Positions 46,501-57,720 of a stretch of 64,000 nucleotides of DNA are shown one piece after another (positions within the stretch are counted from its first letter, which is position 1; every line of letters starts with the position of its first letter). A program made the position numbers and the translations under genes. This DNA comes from Batkoa obscura (taxonomy: Eukaryota). The stretch covers positions 558,001 to 622,000 of the forward strand of contig JASVEC010000017.1 in assembly GCA_030770535.1 (NCBI GenBank), given 5' to 3'. Below the pieces are notes generated by a model that was not told where the DNA came from, searched no databases, and worked only from the letters and a program-made list of their open reading frames with translations.

Positions 46501-49119
46501 CGCAATGCTCAAATTCAATTTGAATGTAGTCCACATAAACCGTTTACACTCCATCCTGTGGACGTAATCGTTGGAGTTAAGAAACTTTTAGACTCATTTA
46601 CAGTTATCCGTGGTCACGATCATCTTAGTGATGAAGCAAATAAAAATGCCACTTATCTTTTCAAGATCTTGGTTCGTTCACTTTTAGCTTCTAAGAAAGT
46701 AGTAGGAGAATACCATTTAACACCAGAAGCTTTTGATTATGTTATTAAACAAATTCAACGTAAATTCTATCAAGCTCAAGCTCATCCAGGAGAGATGGTT
46801 GGTACCCTTGCTGCACAATCTATTGGTGAACCTGCTACTCAAATGACGCTTAACACTTTCCATCTTGCTGGTGTTTCTAATAATACTACTACTGGTGTAC
46901 CACGTCTTAAGGAAATTATTAATGTTGCTACCAATCTTAAAACTCCATCTATGACTATTTCACTAAAAGAAGAATACTCTAGCAATTTTGAAAAAGCAAA
47001 GGCTGCTCAATCTCAATTAGAACATTGTAATTTGGCTAGATTAGCTGAACGTACTGAAATTTATTTCGATCCAGAATTGACAGAAACTAATATTGAGACT
47101 GATGAAGATTGGATTCAAGAACTTGCTGCTCTAAGTGATCCTTACCTTACTGGTGATTACACTAAAGAAAACCTATCTTGTTGGGTACTTAGAATTGAGT
47201 TTAATCCTCAAATTATGTTAGGTAAAGCACTTACTCTTGAAGGTATTGCAGACCATATCCATAAAAAATATAATAATCAAGTGTTTGCCTATTATCCTTC
47301 TGAGGTTACTGATCAGCTTGTAATTCATTGCCGTGTTGTTACTTCTGGGGGTGGTGACTCTAATAATGTATCAGAAATGGATGATGATGATGTGGATGAA
47401 ACGGGTATTAGTGATCACACTTTCTTACGTCGCTTGGAAAGTAGCATGCTAGACGAAATCACTTTGTTAGGTGTGCCAGACATTAGTCGTGTTTTTATTC
47501 AAACAAGAAACACTCCTTATATTAGTGACGACGGTTCATTCAAGAGACGTGAAGAATACTTTTTAGAAACTAGTGGTACCAATTTACTTGAAGTCTTATC
47601 CATGGACGTTGTTAACATGAAAAATACTTTCTCAAACAACATTGTAGAAATCTTGGAAGTTTTGGGTATTGAAGCAGCTCGTAATTCTATCCTTCGAGAG
47701 CTTCGTCATGTTATTGAGGGTGGTGGTTCTTATGTCAATTACCGTCATTTATCATTACTTTGTGACATTATGACTTCTCGTGGTTCTATTATGGCCATCA
47801 CACGTCATGGTATTAATCGTACCGAATCTAGTGCTCTTATGAGATGTTCTTTTGAAGAAACAGTAGAAATTCTTTTAGAAGCTGCTGCTTCTGGAGATTA
47901 TGATGAATGTACTGGCATATCCGAAAATATTTTGTTAGGTCAAATTGCTCCATTAGGTACTGGTTCGTTTGATCTCTTATTGGACGAAACTATGCTTAAT
48001 CAAGCAATTATACCAAACAATGGTGTAGGAGCTTCAGAATACAATGGAGCTTCTTTATATTCTGGATCTGGTGATTACTCAGCTCAAATGACTCCATTAC
48101 CTGGAAACAACCAACCAAGGTTTGATAGTTTCGATGGATCATCACCAATAACTGCTCAATTCTCACCAATGACTGATAGTGGGTCATTTGGATATAGTCC
48201 CGGTTCATCTCCTGGAGTTATAAATAGCCCAGTATATTCACCTAGAAACCCCAACTTTGGAAATTCTGCTTCTAGTCCTGGTTACTCACCAACTTCACCA
48301 AGTTATGTTCCTGGTTCTCCTAAATTTTCGCCTGCTTCACCATCCTTTAATCCAGGTTCATCTCAAAATACTTATAGGCCAACATCCCCTGTTTATTCAG
48401 GCGCTGGTGCATCTCAAAAGAGACCATTTTCACCTACTTATAATCCCACTTCTCCTTCTTATAATGCTGGTAGAGGCGATGAACCTGATTACTCACCAAC
48501 TTCTCCATCTTACACTCCAACCTCACCCCGAGGCATAGGACAAAATTCTGCCTTCTCACCTATTGGTGGAAGTTCTTTTGGTGGTTCTAAAGTCGGTTAT
48601 TCACCAACATCCCCTTCATATACACCTACATCTCCATCTCTAGCTCAAGGTTCGAATGCTTATTCACCAACTTCGCCTACTTATTCTCCAAGTTCTCCAA
48701 GTTACTCTGCAAACCCAACTGCTCAACCACGTGCTGCATCACCACTTAATGCTCCGCGTGTTGCATCATACTCGCCTACCTCTCCGTCTTTCGCTTTTCC
48801 AGCACCAAGCTATTCTCCACAATCACCTAGCTTTACACCTATCTCACCCGCTCAGCATCAACAAGCACCAAGCTACTCACCAACTTCTCCTAATTACGCT
48901 CCTACTTCACCATTTGCTTTCAATGCTCAAGCATCAAATGCTTTTGCTCCAGGTACGTCTGGGCCTGATATGAATTCACGTGGGAATAAGGGTAAATATT
49001 CAAGTGAAGAGAACTCAGAAGGTGAAGCTGATTCTGGTGGTCGTAGAGGATCTGAAAAGGGAAGAAATCCGGATGAAGATAATTCAGGACCTAATGGTAG
49101 TAAGGGTTTTTATGAATAA
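43543..49119 (+). CDS. RPB1: RNA polymerase II largest subunit, intronless
   Basis: YNADFDGDEMN, RGNLMGKRVDFSART, bridge helix, trigger loop and a YSPTSPS-containing CTD. Confidence 0.99.
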   Translation: MNNKFGFTPSPAPVRRVKGVQFGILSPEEIKAMSVVQVVHPYVMDESGHAPRQGGLSDPRMGTIDRNFKCLSCGESMKECPGHFGHIEFLRPVFHPGFITKVKKVLECVCIKCGRLKADEENISFKKALSIRNPKNRFKAIWDICKGKSMCGDARSRREGGENIEGSENIDTLASRRMAQMPCGSKQPIYRKESLRIYAHYKAEKGSEESADVKELITASKVINIFKKISEVDLITMGLSCKFARPEWYMISVLPVPPPPVRPSISIDGSGRGEDDLTHKLGDIIKANDQLKGSEVGAHNMISDELEFVLQYHTATMMDNDIAGVPAAIQKSGRPIKSIRARLKGKEGRLRGNLMGKRVDFSARTVITGDPNLSIEQVGVPRSIARNLTYPETVTAFNMNRLQKAVNNGPNVHPGAKYVMRDTGERVDLRYVRNGNVSLQIGYVVERHINDGDVVIFNRQPSLHKMSMMGHRIKVLPFSTFRLNLSVTSPYNADFDGDEMNMHVPQSEESRAEILELCMVPKQIVSPQANKPVMGIVQDTLCGIRKFTKRDCFVGKELLMNLLLHVPDWDGRVPQPCIHKPVPLWTGKQVFSLIIPKGVNLTSFHSAHPDDEDSHISLGDTRVEIVGGDLVTGIVCKRTIGSSNGGLIHVVMNDFGSKVCMKLFNGTQTVVNYWLLQHGFSIGVGDMIADHATMTTINSFITKAKKEVKQVIREANNGKLEALPGLTVPETFESKVTNILNSARDGAGKAAERSLPEFNNIKQMVVAGSKGSFINISQMAACVGQQNVEGKRIPFGFRNRTLPHFTKNDRTPFARGFVENSYIRGLTPQEFFFHAMGGREGLIDTAVKTAETGYIQRRLVKAMEDVMVKYDGTVRNALGQVVQFCYGEDGMDAAFIEKQKIETVRMSNAEFNSKYKLDIKNGVISLGKNRNINTQLMGTVMNEPDIQVLLEDEFKQIYDDRKELKTKIFPGGDDNWPMPVNIRRLIRNAQIQFECSPHKPFTLHPVDVIVGVKKLLDSFTVIRGHDHLSDEANKNATYLFKILVRSLLASKKVVGEYHLTPEAFDYVIKQIQRKFYQAQAHPGEMVGTLAAQSIGEPATQMTLNTFHLAGVSNNTTTGVPRLKEIINVATNLKTPSMTISLKEEYSSNFEKAKAAQSQLEHCNLARLAERTEIYFDPELTETNIETDEDWIQELAALSDPYLTGDYTKENLSCWVLRIEFNPQIMLGKALTLEGIADHIHKKYNNQVFAYYPSEVTDQLVIHCRVVTSGGGDSNNVSEMDDDDVDETGISDHTFLRRLESSMLDEITLLGVPDISRVFIQTRNTPYISDDGSFKRREEYFLETSGTNLLEVLSMDVVNMKNTFSNNIVEILEVLGIEAARNSILRELRHVIEGGGSYVNYRHLSLLCDIMTSRGSIMAITRHGINRTESSALMRCSFEETVEILLEAAASGDYDECTGISENILLGQIAPLGTGSFDLLLDETMLNQAIIPNNGVGASEYNGASLYSGSGDYSAQMTPLPGNNQPRFDSFDGSSPITAQFSPMTDSGSFGYSPGSSPGVINSPVYSPRNPNFGNSASSPGYSPTSPSYVPGSPKFSPASPSFNPGSSQNTYRPTSPVYSGAGASQKRPFSPTYNPTSPSYNAGRGDEPDYSPTSPSYTPTSPRGIGQNSAFSPIGGSSFGGSKVGYSPTSPSYTPTSPSLAQGSNAYSPTSPTYSPSSPSYSANPTAQPRAASPLNAPRVASYSPTSPSFAFPAPSYSPQSPSFTPISPAQHQQAPSYSPTSPNYAPTSPFAFNAQASNAFAPGTSGPDMNSRGNKGKYSSEENSEGEADSGGRRGSEKGRNPDEDNSGPNGSKGFYE

Positions 49120-49820
49120 TTGAAGGGTTTTTAAGTATAAGTTTTATACATGTTTATACATGTAATATTTGATATTCAATTAGTGCTATTATAATGTGCT
49201 TTTGATAGATGTTTTATTTTATTAAAGTATTACCCAGTATATTAATTTAAGCTTTATCGTTTTATATAGTTATACTTTTATAATAATCAGGTTTATTTTA
49301 AGTAATAGATTTTATATTTGAATAAAATAGTTTAAATAGCTTTTAATGCTGTATACATAATTTTTAAAAATATCAAAGTTTCTAAATGAGAGCTATTTTA
49401 GTACCACGTTTGAATTAGAATATCTATTATTCTAAATTTATAAATAAAAAATATTATTGATATAGAGACTAGTTTTGTTAAATTATATTTTTATATATTT
49501 TATATTTATTAGGAAGAAGTATTAATTTAAAAATAAAAATAAGTACAATAACAGAAATGGTTAACTTTAAATCAAGATTTAAAAAAATCTAATTGAAGAT
49601 AATCTTCATCTAATTTTTTCCACCAATAAAAAATTCACTATTATTATAATCCTAGTAAAGTTATGGGAAAAAGCAAAAACAGTAAAACGACCTATAGTTA
49701 AGCTATCAATTTTTTATTAAGCAATAGTAAAAGGAGAACATAACTATATAAAAGTTGAAAAAGAAAGAGATCATAACACAAGGATATCAACGAAAAAAAG
49801 AAAAAATTAGACGATGAGGA

Positions 49821-52800
49821 ATGAAGCAACTAAAACTAGTAAGAATAATAAGGATGATAAAGTTATACTCAACAAGTAATGAGCTTACTCTAATAAATCA
49901 TAGCAACTCAACTAGAACAGTGAACCAATCCAAATTTAACTTTAGTGTAATTATAAAGAGAAAAATGACAAATTTAGTTATCAATCGCCAAATAGAAGAT
50001 CAAGAAATAGTAAAACAGATTGAGCATGGGGTATATCATTTACTACATCAAAACAGAGTGAATGAAGCTTATAATTTAGTACAAGAAAGTGGTTATCATT
50101 TAGAATTGTATGAATTCCATTTGTTGATACAACGATTATATAGTAATTCCAAAAGCAGGGGAAATTTATTAAAAGTACAAAGTTTATTTACAAATACAAC
50201 ATTTGAAAAAGAAGGAAAGTTGACTTTAATGGATTATAGTTTATGGCTAAAAGTATTGTTTTTGTTAAAAGAATATGATCCATGTATGAAGTTGTATACC
50301 ACTATACTGCAAAAATTTCAACATCCTTTGCTACCGAGTGTTTATAATATAATTTTCAAAGTGATTGATAAACAGAATCAGAAGTTAGAGAATAACAAAG
50401 TATCTCAGTACTATCGATTATTGCTACTGGAGGGATGTAGTACTCTATTTATTGGCGTTGAGAATTTAAAGTATGTGATTGAAATTTTGTTGGCAAAGGA
50501 TCAATTACAAGAGGTGGAGGAAATGGTTGATAAAATTCAAAAGGAGTTTAACGGAATACCGAATAGTATACGGCATGCTTTAGTTATAAGTTGTATCTTA
50601 CAAGGTAAACTCGGGGTGGCAGAAGAGTATTTTGGAGTTTATTTTAAGGATAAGGAGAGTATAGATGTTGAGTTCATTAATGGCGTATTAAAGGCACTTT
50701 ACCAAGCTAAGTTGCCACAGCTTATTGTCAAGGAATGGATGGATAGGTTGATAAAATATCAAACAAAGTTTAACGCAACTACAATACATAGGTTAGCGAA
50801 GTTGAGTATCGATATTAATAGTAGTTATTGTAATGAAGCTTGTTTACAATTGTTTTTGAACTTTGATGTTGTACCAACAAATACTTCAACTATTTTATTG
50901 TTTTATTATTCTGTTCAACAAGTTACAAATATTTCTCAATTAAATCAATTGTTAGCTATTATTTATAATAGTCATAGCCCAACACTGAAGTTGTTACTAA
51001 ATCAACTACTTACAATAAACCAAAGTTCTTTACTCAAAAAGTTTGATATTAAAGAATGGCCAGTGATAAATAGAGAGAACATAGTAATATACAACATTAT
51101 ATTAAAAAGGTTGATGCAGTTGAATGATGATTATAATGGAATTGAAAAGGAGAGAGTGTTTGAAGAGTATACGAATTATTTAATAAAAAGGGAATTAATG
51201 GATATTTATACAATCAATATTTTAATTGATCATTATTCTAAAAGGAGGGATTTGAGTATGATTCAAATGTTATTAAGTTTTAAACAGGAAATAGATTCAT
51301 ATTGTCCGGTGGCTTATGATACCATAGATTATTATTTTAAGGAGGAAGAAGTTGAAAGAAATAATCGATTATGGGAGAACAATAGCAAAGAAATGACCGT
51401 TTATTCGAATGTTAATAAGGTACAAAAGTATATTAAAAACAAGCAGTGGAACAAAATGGAACACTTGTTTTTATCATTGATAATACAGAACAATAATAAC
51501 AATAGTGGTTTTTTAAAGTATGATATTAAACTACAAAATTATTTAATTGAACAGCTAAGTCAATATCAGCAGGATACTAAAGTGTTAACTATCATAGATA
51601 GCTTGTATAAGAAACAAATGTATATTGATAGTAATTATTTTATTAAGTTATTGAAACAAAAAGAGATAACAAAGAATTTCAAGTTGTTTGAATTAATTTG
51701 TAATTTTAAATTGACAATTAGTCCCACTTTCTTATTTCAATTTATAAAAACAATTATACAAAATGAATTCAATTTACTCAATTTAATTCAGCAATGTAAT
51801 ACTAATTTTAATAAGATTATTACTGGTACTCAATATCAACCCGTTATTTATTTTTATTTATTAAAGTATTTTAATACTAAATTATTGGAATATCATAATA
51901 ATCAACAAGTATTTATTTCTATTATAAATCAACTTATTAAACATTTGGAATTTATTTATTTAGACTTAAGCAATAATAGTAGGGATACTGAAGACAAGGA
52001 AATTGTAATTGATATAGATAATAATATAGAGAGTAATAGAATAGACAATAATACTAATAATATAGATAAGGACTATGAAAGTATAATTAATAAAGAGAAT
52101 ATAATAGGTTACAATATAACAAATCCAAATCTAATTAATTTAAATAAGGCTACGGATGAGCATGAGTATACGATGAATCAATTATTAATATTATTAATAG
52201 ATAAAAGTATCACACTAAATTTAAATAATGAATTAAAACTAATAATCAGTTTTATTGAAGATAAAAGAATAATATTAAACAATGAAACTTTATTATCAGT
52301 TATTACAAAAGCTTATTTTTATCTTAATGAGATGGACAAAATAATACATTTGTTACCAGAGATACTAAGTTATAAATCAAATTGGTTTTATTTTCGTCAT
52401 GAAGTTGTTAATCTATTAATGGCCCAATTAGCTCAACAACAGGAGCATGATAGTATTTATACTACTTTAATCCAAATCAAAAACTTATACAAAACCAAAC
52501 AAAGCAATTATTTACCAGATAATCATTGCTTACACCAACTCATACTTGGATGTCATTCCAATAATAACCATCAAAAAGCGGAAGAGTATTATTTATATTT
52601 TATAAGGGAATATCAAATTATACCGGATACAATGATAATTAATCAATTTATTTATTATAATTTTAAAGTGGAAGAATGGTTAATAGCTAAGGAATGGTTT
52701 AATAAATTAGAGAAGCCAAACTCATTTTCGTTCTATTTAATGGCTAAAGTATACGAGGGATTAGAAGAAATGGAAATGAGTAGAATTTATTATTGTAAAA

Positions 52801-52829
52801 TGATGAAGAGTAATAAATGGAGGGAATAA
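49821..52829 (+). CDS. Pentatricopeptide-repeat-like protein, probably mitochondrial
   Basis: PPR-like units LPSVYNIIF, NIVIYNIIL, DIYTINILIDHYSK, PDNHCLHQLILGC, PDTMIINQFI, PNSFSFYLMAKVY; basic N-terminus. Confidence 0.7.
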   Translation: MKQLKLVRIIRMIKLYSTSNELTLINHSNSTRTVNQSKFNFSVIIKRKMTNLVINRQIEDQEIVKQIEHGVYHLLHQNRVNEAYNLVQESGYHLELYEFHLLIQRLYSNSKSRGNLLKVQSLFTNTTFEKEGKLTLMDYSLWLKVLFLLKEYDPCMKLYTTILQKFQHPLLPSVYNIIFKVIDKQNQKLENNKVSQYYRLLLLEGCSTLFIGVENLKYVIEILLAKDQLQEVEEMVDKIQKEFNGIPNSIRHALVISCILQGKLGVAEEYFGVYFKDKESIDVEFINGVLKALYQAKLPQLIVKEWMDRLIKYQTKFNATTIHRLAKLSIDINSSYCNEACLQLFLNFDVVPTNTSTILLFYYSVQQVTNISQLNQLLAIIYNSHSPTLKLLLNQLLTINQSSLLKKFDIKEWPVINRENIVIYNIILKRLMQLNDDYNGIEKERVFEEYTNYLIKRELMDIYTINILIDHYSKRRDLSMIQMLLSFKQEIDSYCPVAYDTIDYYFKEEEVERNNRLWENNSKEMTVYSNVNKVQKYIKNKQWNKMEHLFLSLIIQNNNNNSGFLKYDIKLQNYLIEQLSQYQQDTKVLTIIDSLYKKQMYIDSNYFIKLLKQKEITKNFKLFELICNFKLTISPTFLFQFIKTIIQNEFNLLNLIQQCNTNFNKIITGTQYQPVIYFYLLKYFNTKLLEYHNNQQVFISIINQLIKHLEFIYLDLSNNSRDTEDKEIVIDIDNNIESNRIDNNTNNIDKDYESIINKENIIGYNITNPNLINLNKATDEHEYTMNQLLILLIDKSITLNLNNELKLIISFIEDKRIILNNETLLSVITKAYFYLNEMDKIIHLLPEILSYKSNWFYFRHEVVNLLMAQLAQQQEHDSIYTTLIQIKNLYKTKQSNYLPDNHCLHQLILGCHSNNNHQKAEEYYLYFIREYQIIPDTMIINQFIYYNFKVEEWLIAKEWFNKLEKPNSFSFYLMAKVYEGLEEMEMSRIYYCKMMKSNKWRE

Positions 52830-53329
52830 AAGTTGATTTTTGTTTATTAAAGCTTTGGGTATTCTTGTTGTTTGAGGATTTTTTATACATTTATTAATTC
52901 TATCTAGTTTTGTTCTGTTAATTTTTAAATAAAAGCCTTATGAGGCATGATATCCCAAGTGTTTTATTTATGAGCATACATTATAAGAAGAAAAGAAAGC
53001 AAAGTATAAGGTAATTGAATGTTAAACTTCTGTGGATTTTTTAAAGTTATAGTTTAAATATGCTTTTTATAAACGTTAAAAGTATTATTATAATACAATA
53101 TTAAATTAAATATTATAAATATAACAAGTATTAAATTACTATTATTATTCAAATATAATTTTTTTTTTAAAACAATTCAATCGCATAAAGCATTACACAT
53201 TAAAAAAAAGAATCTAAAATACAATCCAATTTTTTTAATGTTTTAAATTACAAAGCGCCCAAGTATTCTTTGTGTTATAGGTAAATGCGAAGAGACGAAA
53301 TTCAATACGACCCTCAGGAAAGTTTATAA

Positions 53330-54000
53330 CATAACTTTATAGTTTCCTTCAAAGAAATGGCCACCCACATACTATCTATTTTCTTGAATGTTCAACATAA
53401 GTTTCGAACCCGTGACCTACTGATGATTAAAAATGGTAAATTATTACTTGACTCTTTAGCCCCTATCTCCAGCCCATAAAATCCACCACTAAAAAACTTC
53501 TCTAATCCCATAACAACAAAATGCATATAATCTGGTCAAAATATTTTGTTTATTATATTATTAACTTTAGATCAAAAATTCAGAGCACAGCCACGGTATA
53601 AGATATCTTACTGATTTTAATACTGCCAGGATTTATTAATCCGACGTGCTCAAGATTCGAGTCAGCTTCTATAGGAAATGCGAGAGTGATCCAATTGCTC
53701 ATTGACATGCCAAAACAGTTGACGAAATTTTTTTGTTAAAATACAAAAATTTCAAAAAATAAGATAATTAAAATTGCTAAAAAATAACATTCTAATTTGA
53801 ATAGAGAATTTTTCTTATGAGAAATTGATGACTATACAGCTCATATTATGCTTCACTTCTATACGGAGATGAGTTGCATCCAGCAAACAATAACTATTGA
53901 AACTCATTGTTAAAGCTTGGATATGATCGGTTTAACTTCAACTAAAAAGTTCTCGAAAAAATCAAAAATTTTAATTTTCAGAGTTCAAACCCAATTTCTA
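53330..54000 (-). mobile_element. Decayed PIF/Harbinger (DDE_Tnp_4-like) transposase relic; limits approximate
   Basis: Minus-strand fragments in the expected order: CLLDATHLRI (~53870), PGS (~53625), WAGDRG* (~53465), ISRSRVR (~53415), interrupted by stops and frameshifts. Confidence 0.6.
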
Positions 54001-54507
54001 AACGCTACGTTTATTAACATCTCTTTCAGAAGAGTTATAATAACTACAATGTGAAAGTGTCAACCATTGGCCAATGATTGAATTTGTTTAGTGATGAGGA
54101 CTTAGTACACACATTCGTTCATTATCCTTTGTTTCAAATGGAGTGAAATCTATCACCGGTAGTTATCAGGTTCCAGAAAAATGCATTATTGTTTCCTAGC
54201 TATCAGATAACGTAATGCCAACTTAACTATTCATTACTCTTTTATAGTGATAAATATCACAAGTGGTATGAATAGGTTAGAGATTTATTATATATCAACT
54301 AATTTTATCACAGTTTAAAAACTGAGGCTTTAACTTTCACAAAATCGCACATAGTATATCATTTTAGGAATAGGAGTAAGCCGATCAAAGGGTAATGTTA
54401 GAACGGCTAGGCTTAGTCAAGAGTCTTACAACAGGAAGGATAACTATTGAAATAAAATTGATCTTGCCTAAGTTATGATTAATTAAAACAACTTAACTCA
54501 AAAATAA

Positions 54508-56043
54508 CTAGTCTTCATAATGAGAATTTAACTCCCAAACACCATATTCATCCCCTTCCATTTCTTCTGGATTAGAGTAAACCATTTGATCGAATAAATA
54601 CTCTTCATGATGTGTAGCCACTAGTAGATAGTTTGGTAATGAAAGTTCACTATGGATAGGCTTTGATAATTTATAAACAGAATAAGAATGTTTTAAATAA
54701 TTTAACAAGAAGAGAAAAGCGATAATTAATAAACTCAAATAAGGAACAAACAAAATTAAATTTAAATCATATAAATTATCATACACTAAAGACACTGGGA
54801 TGATATTAGTATTATAATATAAATTATTGAAATTAATGGGATCAGTATTTTGAGTAGTAGTGGCTGGTTCAATAGTAGTTGCTAATGGAATAAAATTACC
54901 TTTATCGTTAGGATTGAAATTAGTTAAATCAAAGATTAAGATTTCTTTATTCTTATCGTTCACTTCCATTTTACCAAAGAAAATCATTAACTTATTATTA
55001 ATCAATTGACTTGAATGCCAAGCTCTACCAATTTCAAAAATACTCCCAGTAAGATCCATTAACTGATATTTCTTCCATTTCCATTCCTTCAAATCCAAAA
55101 CTTGAATATCATTATATAACTTAGGTTCTTTGTTATTATTAATATAACTATTATTATCCATACCACCATAGACTAAAACACAATTTAATTTTTCTGAATA
55201 GGTAGTTGTATGAGCTAATCTTAAACCAAATTGATAATTTTGAGTTTGCTGTATTTTAAATGTTTGCGTTAATATTGAATAGATGTAAACGAACTCTAAT
55301 GAGTTCGGGGATAAAGTGTTATTATTGTTAGTGCTATTGTATTGAATACCACCAAGGAATAAAATTTGTGAGTTGGAAATTAAGGTAGAAGTATGAAATA
55401 CTATGGATGGTATGGAGTATTTAGCAGTATAAGAACTTAAATCAGTATAGCTATTTTTTAATAAATCAAACGAAAAAAATTGCTTAGTTGGTATTAAATC
55501 TAAATAAATATCATATTTAATAATACCACCTAATAAATAAAGTTGATTGTTTGTAACTAGATAAGTTGCACCAATATTATCTTCAAAAGAAGTAATTGTA
55601 AAATTGTTTTTTCTAACAAAATAGCGTTGATTTAAATTAACCGATTGAACAGCTGTAGGTAAATGATAACTATAATTAAAACCATATTTCTTTTTAAATA
55701 CAGTATATAAACTGGATTGGTTATTATATTCTAACAAAAATAATTGAGAATAATACATATAATAAGGATCATAAAAAGAGACATTGATATCGTTGGCTGT
55801 ATTTAAATCATCTATTGTAATTTTTGTATTTAAATCAATTATCCTATAATGAGAATATTCTTTTTTATTATCGAATTCCATTATATCCTGTATTGAATTA
55901 GCTCCATAACTATAACTGTATTTATAAAATAAGATTAATTTTTGATCATATACAACAGTAGAACTTAACATAAATTCTTCCATTCCTCCAATATAATTAT
56001 AGCATAGAAACAATATTAATATAAAAACAAACTGTAATTTCAT
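54508..56043 (-). CDS. Kelch-repeat type I membrane protein
   Basis: Signal peptide; LYLLGG, HTS..ILFLGG, RLAHTT..VLVYGG, RAWHSS..MIFFG; one TM segment near the C-terminus. Confidence 0.85.
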   Translation of the reverse strand: MKLQFVFILILFLCYNYIGGMEEFMLSSTVVYDQKLILFYKYSYSYGANSIQDIMEFDNKKEYSHYRIIDLNTKITIDDLNTANDINVSFYDPYYMYYSQLFLLEYNNQSSLYTVFKKKYGFNYSYHLPTAVQSVNLNQRYFVRKNNFTITSFEDNIGATYLVTNNQLYLLGGIIKYDIYLDLIPTKQFFSFDLLKNSYTDLSSYTAKYSIPSIVFHTSTLISNSQILFLGGIQYNSTNNNNTLSPNSLEFVYIYSILTQTFKIQQTQNYQFGLRLAHTTTYSEKLNCVLVYGGMDNNSYINNNKEPKLYNDIQVLDLKEWKWKKYQLMDLTGSIFEIGRAWHSSQLINNKLMIFFGKMEVNDKNKEILIFDLTNFNPNDKGNFIPLATTIEPATTTQNTDPINFNNLYYNTNIIPVSLVYDNLYDLNLILFVPYLSLLIIAFLFLLNYLKHSYSVYKLSKPIHSELSLPNYLLVATHHEEYLFDQMVYSNPEEMEGDEYGVWELNSHYED

Positions 56044-56204
56044 TATAAATTTAACAGAAAAAACAATTTATAAAAGCTTCAATTTTTATTCATAATCTAC
56101 TTAATTTCTCTCTTGTTCTTTTTAATCAATCCAACATTTTTAATCGTTATACTAATATACTCGATTTCTATCCTCCAACAGCTATATTCTTTTAAAGAAC
56201 TTCT

Positions 56205-57390
56205 TTAAAACCAAGCAATCGCTTGTTCATAAATAACAAACATAATAGCCGATTGAAAACCCATCCAAAGCGTCCTTGGAGCTAAACCTCTAAATAAACC
56301 TTGAAAACCATAAGTATTATAAGATGATTTTAAAGCATCCATAATTCCATTAGAATTTGTAATTTTAGGACCATTCGGTAACTTGTTTAATGATAATAAA
56401 GATTGTGAAAGTGTGTTATTATTATTAGGTACTTTAGGTAAAGATAACCCTTTTATTCTTTTTGGTTGACTTTTTATACTTTCTTTAATTTGTTGAGTTT
56501 GTAATACCGTTTTAACCACATCTATAGAAAAATAAAAAAATAAAAATTATTATGTTTTATTAATAGTATTATTTATAAAATTAAATTATTAGTTTACCTA
56601 ATGGAGTAGTTATACCACCTGCCATTGAGCCAGCAATACCACCCATTAACATTTCACTTAATAATGTATTTTCTCTTTCTTTTAAATACCAATTTTTTAA
56701 ACTTTCATAGATTGTAAATTGAATAGCAGTACAAGGTACGTCTCTTAATAAAGTAGCTTGATATCCACGAAACATAGTCGATAGTCCATCATTTTTAATA
56801 ATCTATTAATATTAATTCGCATAAATTAATTTGAAACTTAAAATTTGAAGTTATTTACCGTGGTCAATGCTTCTCTCCAATTTTTATAATTATAACCAGA
56901 AATAAAATGAGGGTTATTATATTTTCCTTGCAATTGCATTCTGGTTTTTAATACTTCAGATGGCACATAGATCGTACTGACCATAACTTCCGCAATACCA
57001 GCAGATATTAAATGATTACCCGTTTCTGGTAATTCAAAATCTCTTAAAGTTCTTTTAAACGTTTCATAACTACCAAAATAAATCATGGTACCAAAAATAG
57101 AGCCTATCATAGCTGGTTGAATACCACCATAAAACCCAGAAATTCCTTCCAATCTCCATACTGTTTGGAAACAGTGGTATAATGAATTGTATTTAATTGG
57201 ATAAGGTTGACCTTGTAAACGTGTTTTTAAGGTGTCTAACCCATGCATCAGGAAATCGGCACTACCACCTGCTATACCACCTGCTACAATATTCTGTATA
57301 AAGGAAGAAAATAGAAGATTAGTTTAAGAAGTCTTGGCTAAAATAAATTACCTGCCATATAGGCGCGTTATCGGTATTGGAAATGGTCAT
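56205..57390 (-). CDS. MME1: Mitochondrial carrier, MME1 (YMR166C)-like, 4 exons
   Basis: MHGLDTLKTRLQGQ, YVPSEVLKTRMQLQGKYNNPHF.SGYNY, RDVP; exon 1 MTISNTDNAPIWQ starts at 57390. Confidence 0.82.
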
Positions 57391-57720
57391 TAAATGTAAA
57401 TTGAATTTGAATCAAAACTTTAAATTTTACTATATTTGAAAAACTGGATCCAATTAATCTTTATTTTATAAAAATCTTAAAGTTGTTATAGAGTATGTGT
57501 TGAATTTTATCTATCTATATTTATTATTTATTTATTTATTCTAAAACTCAAATCTAAAACTAAACTTTTTTTTAAAAATAATATCTAAAGTATTGATTTT
57601 TTTTCCTTGTTTATTTAAAAATGATTGAAAATATGAAGTCAATCAATTCCAACCAATCAATTGAATTTGAAATCAAAGTATTAAAATATCTCATCATTTC
57701 ATCCTTCCTTCATCCAACAT

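Noticed and set aside
43824..48973. Small ORFs overlapping RPB1 (and similar ones within pol, Hsp20, CAP and tyrosinase)
   Set aside because: Antisense or alternate-frame shadows with no independent coding evidence.
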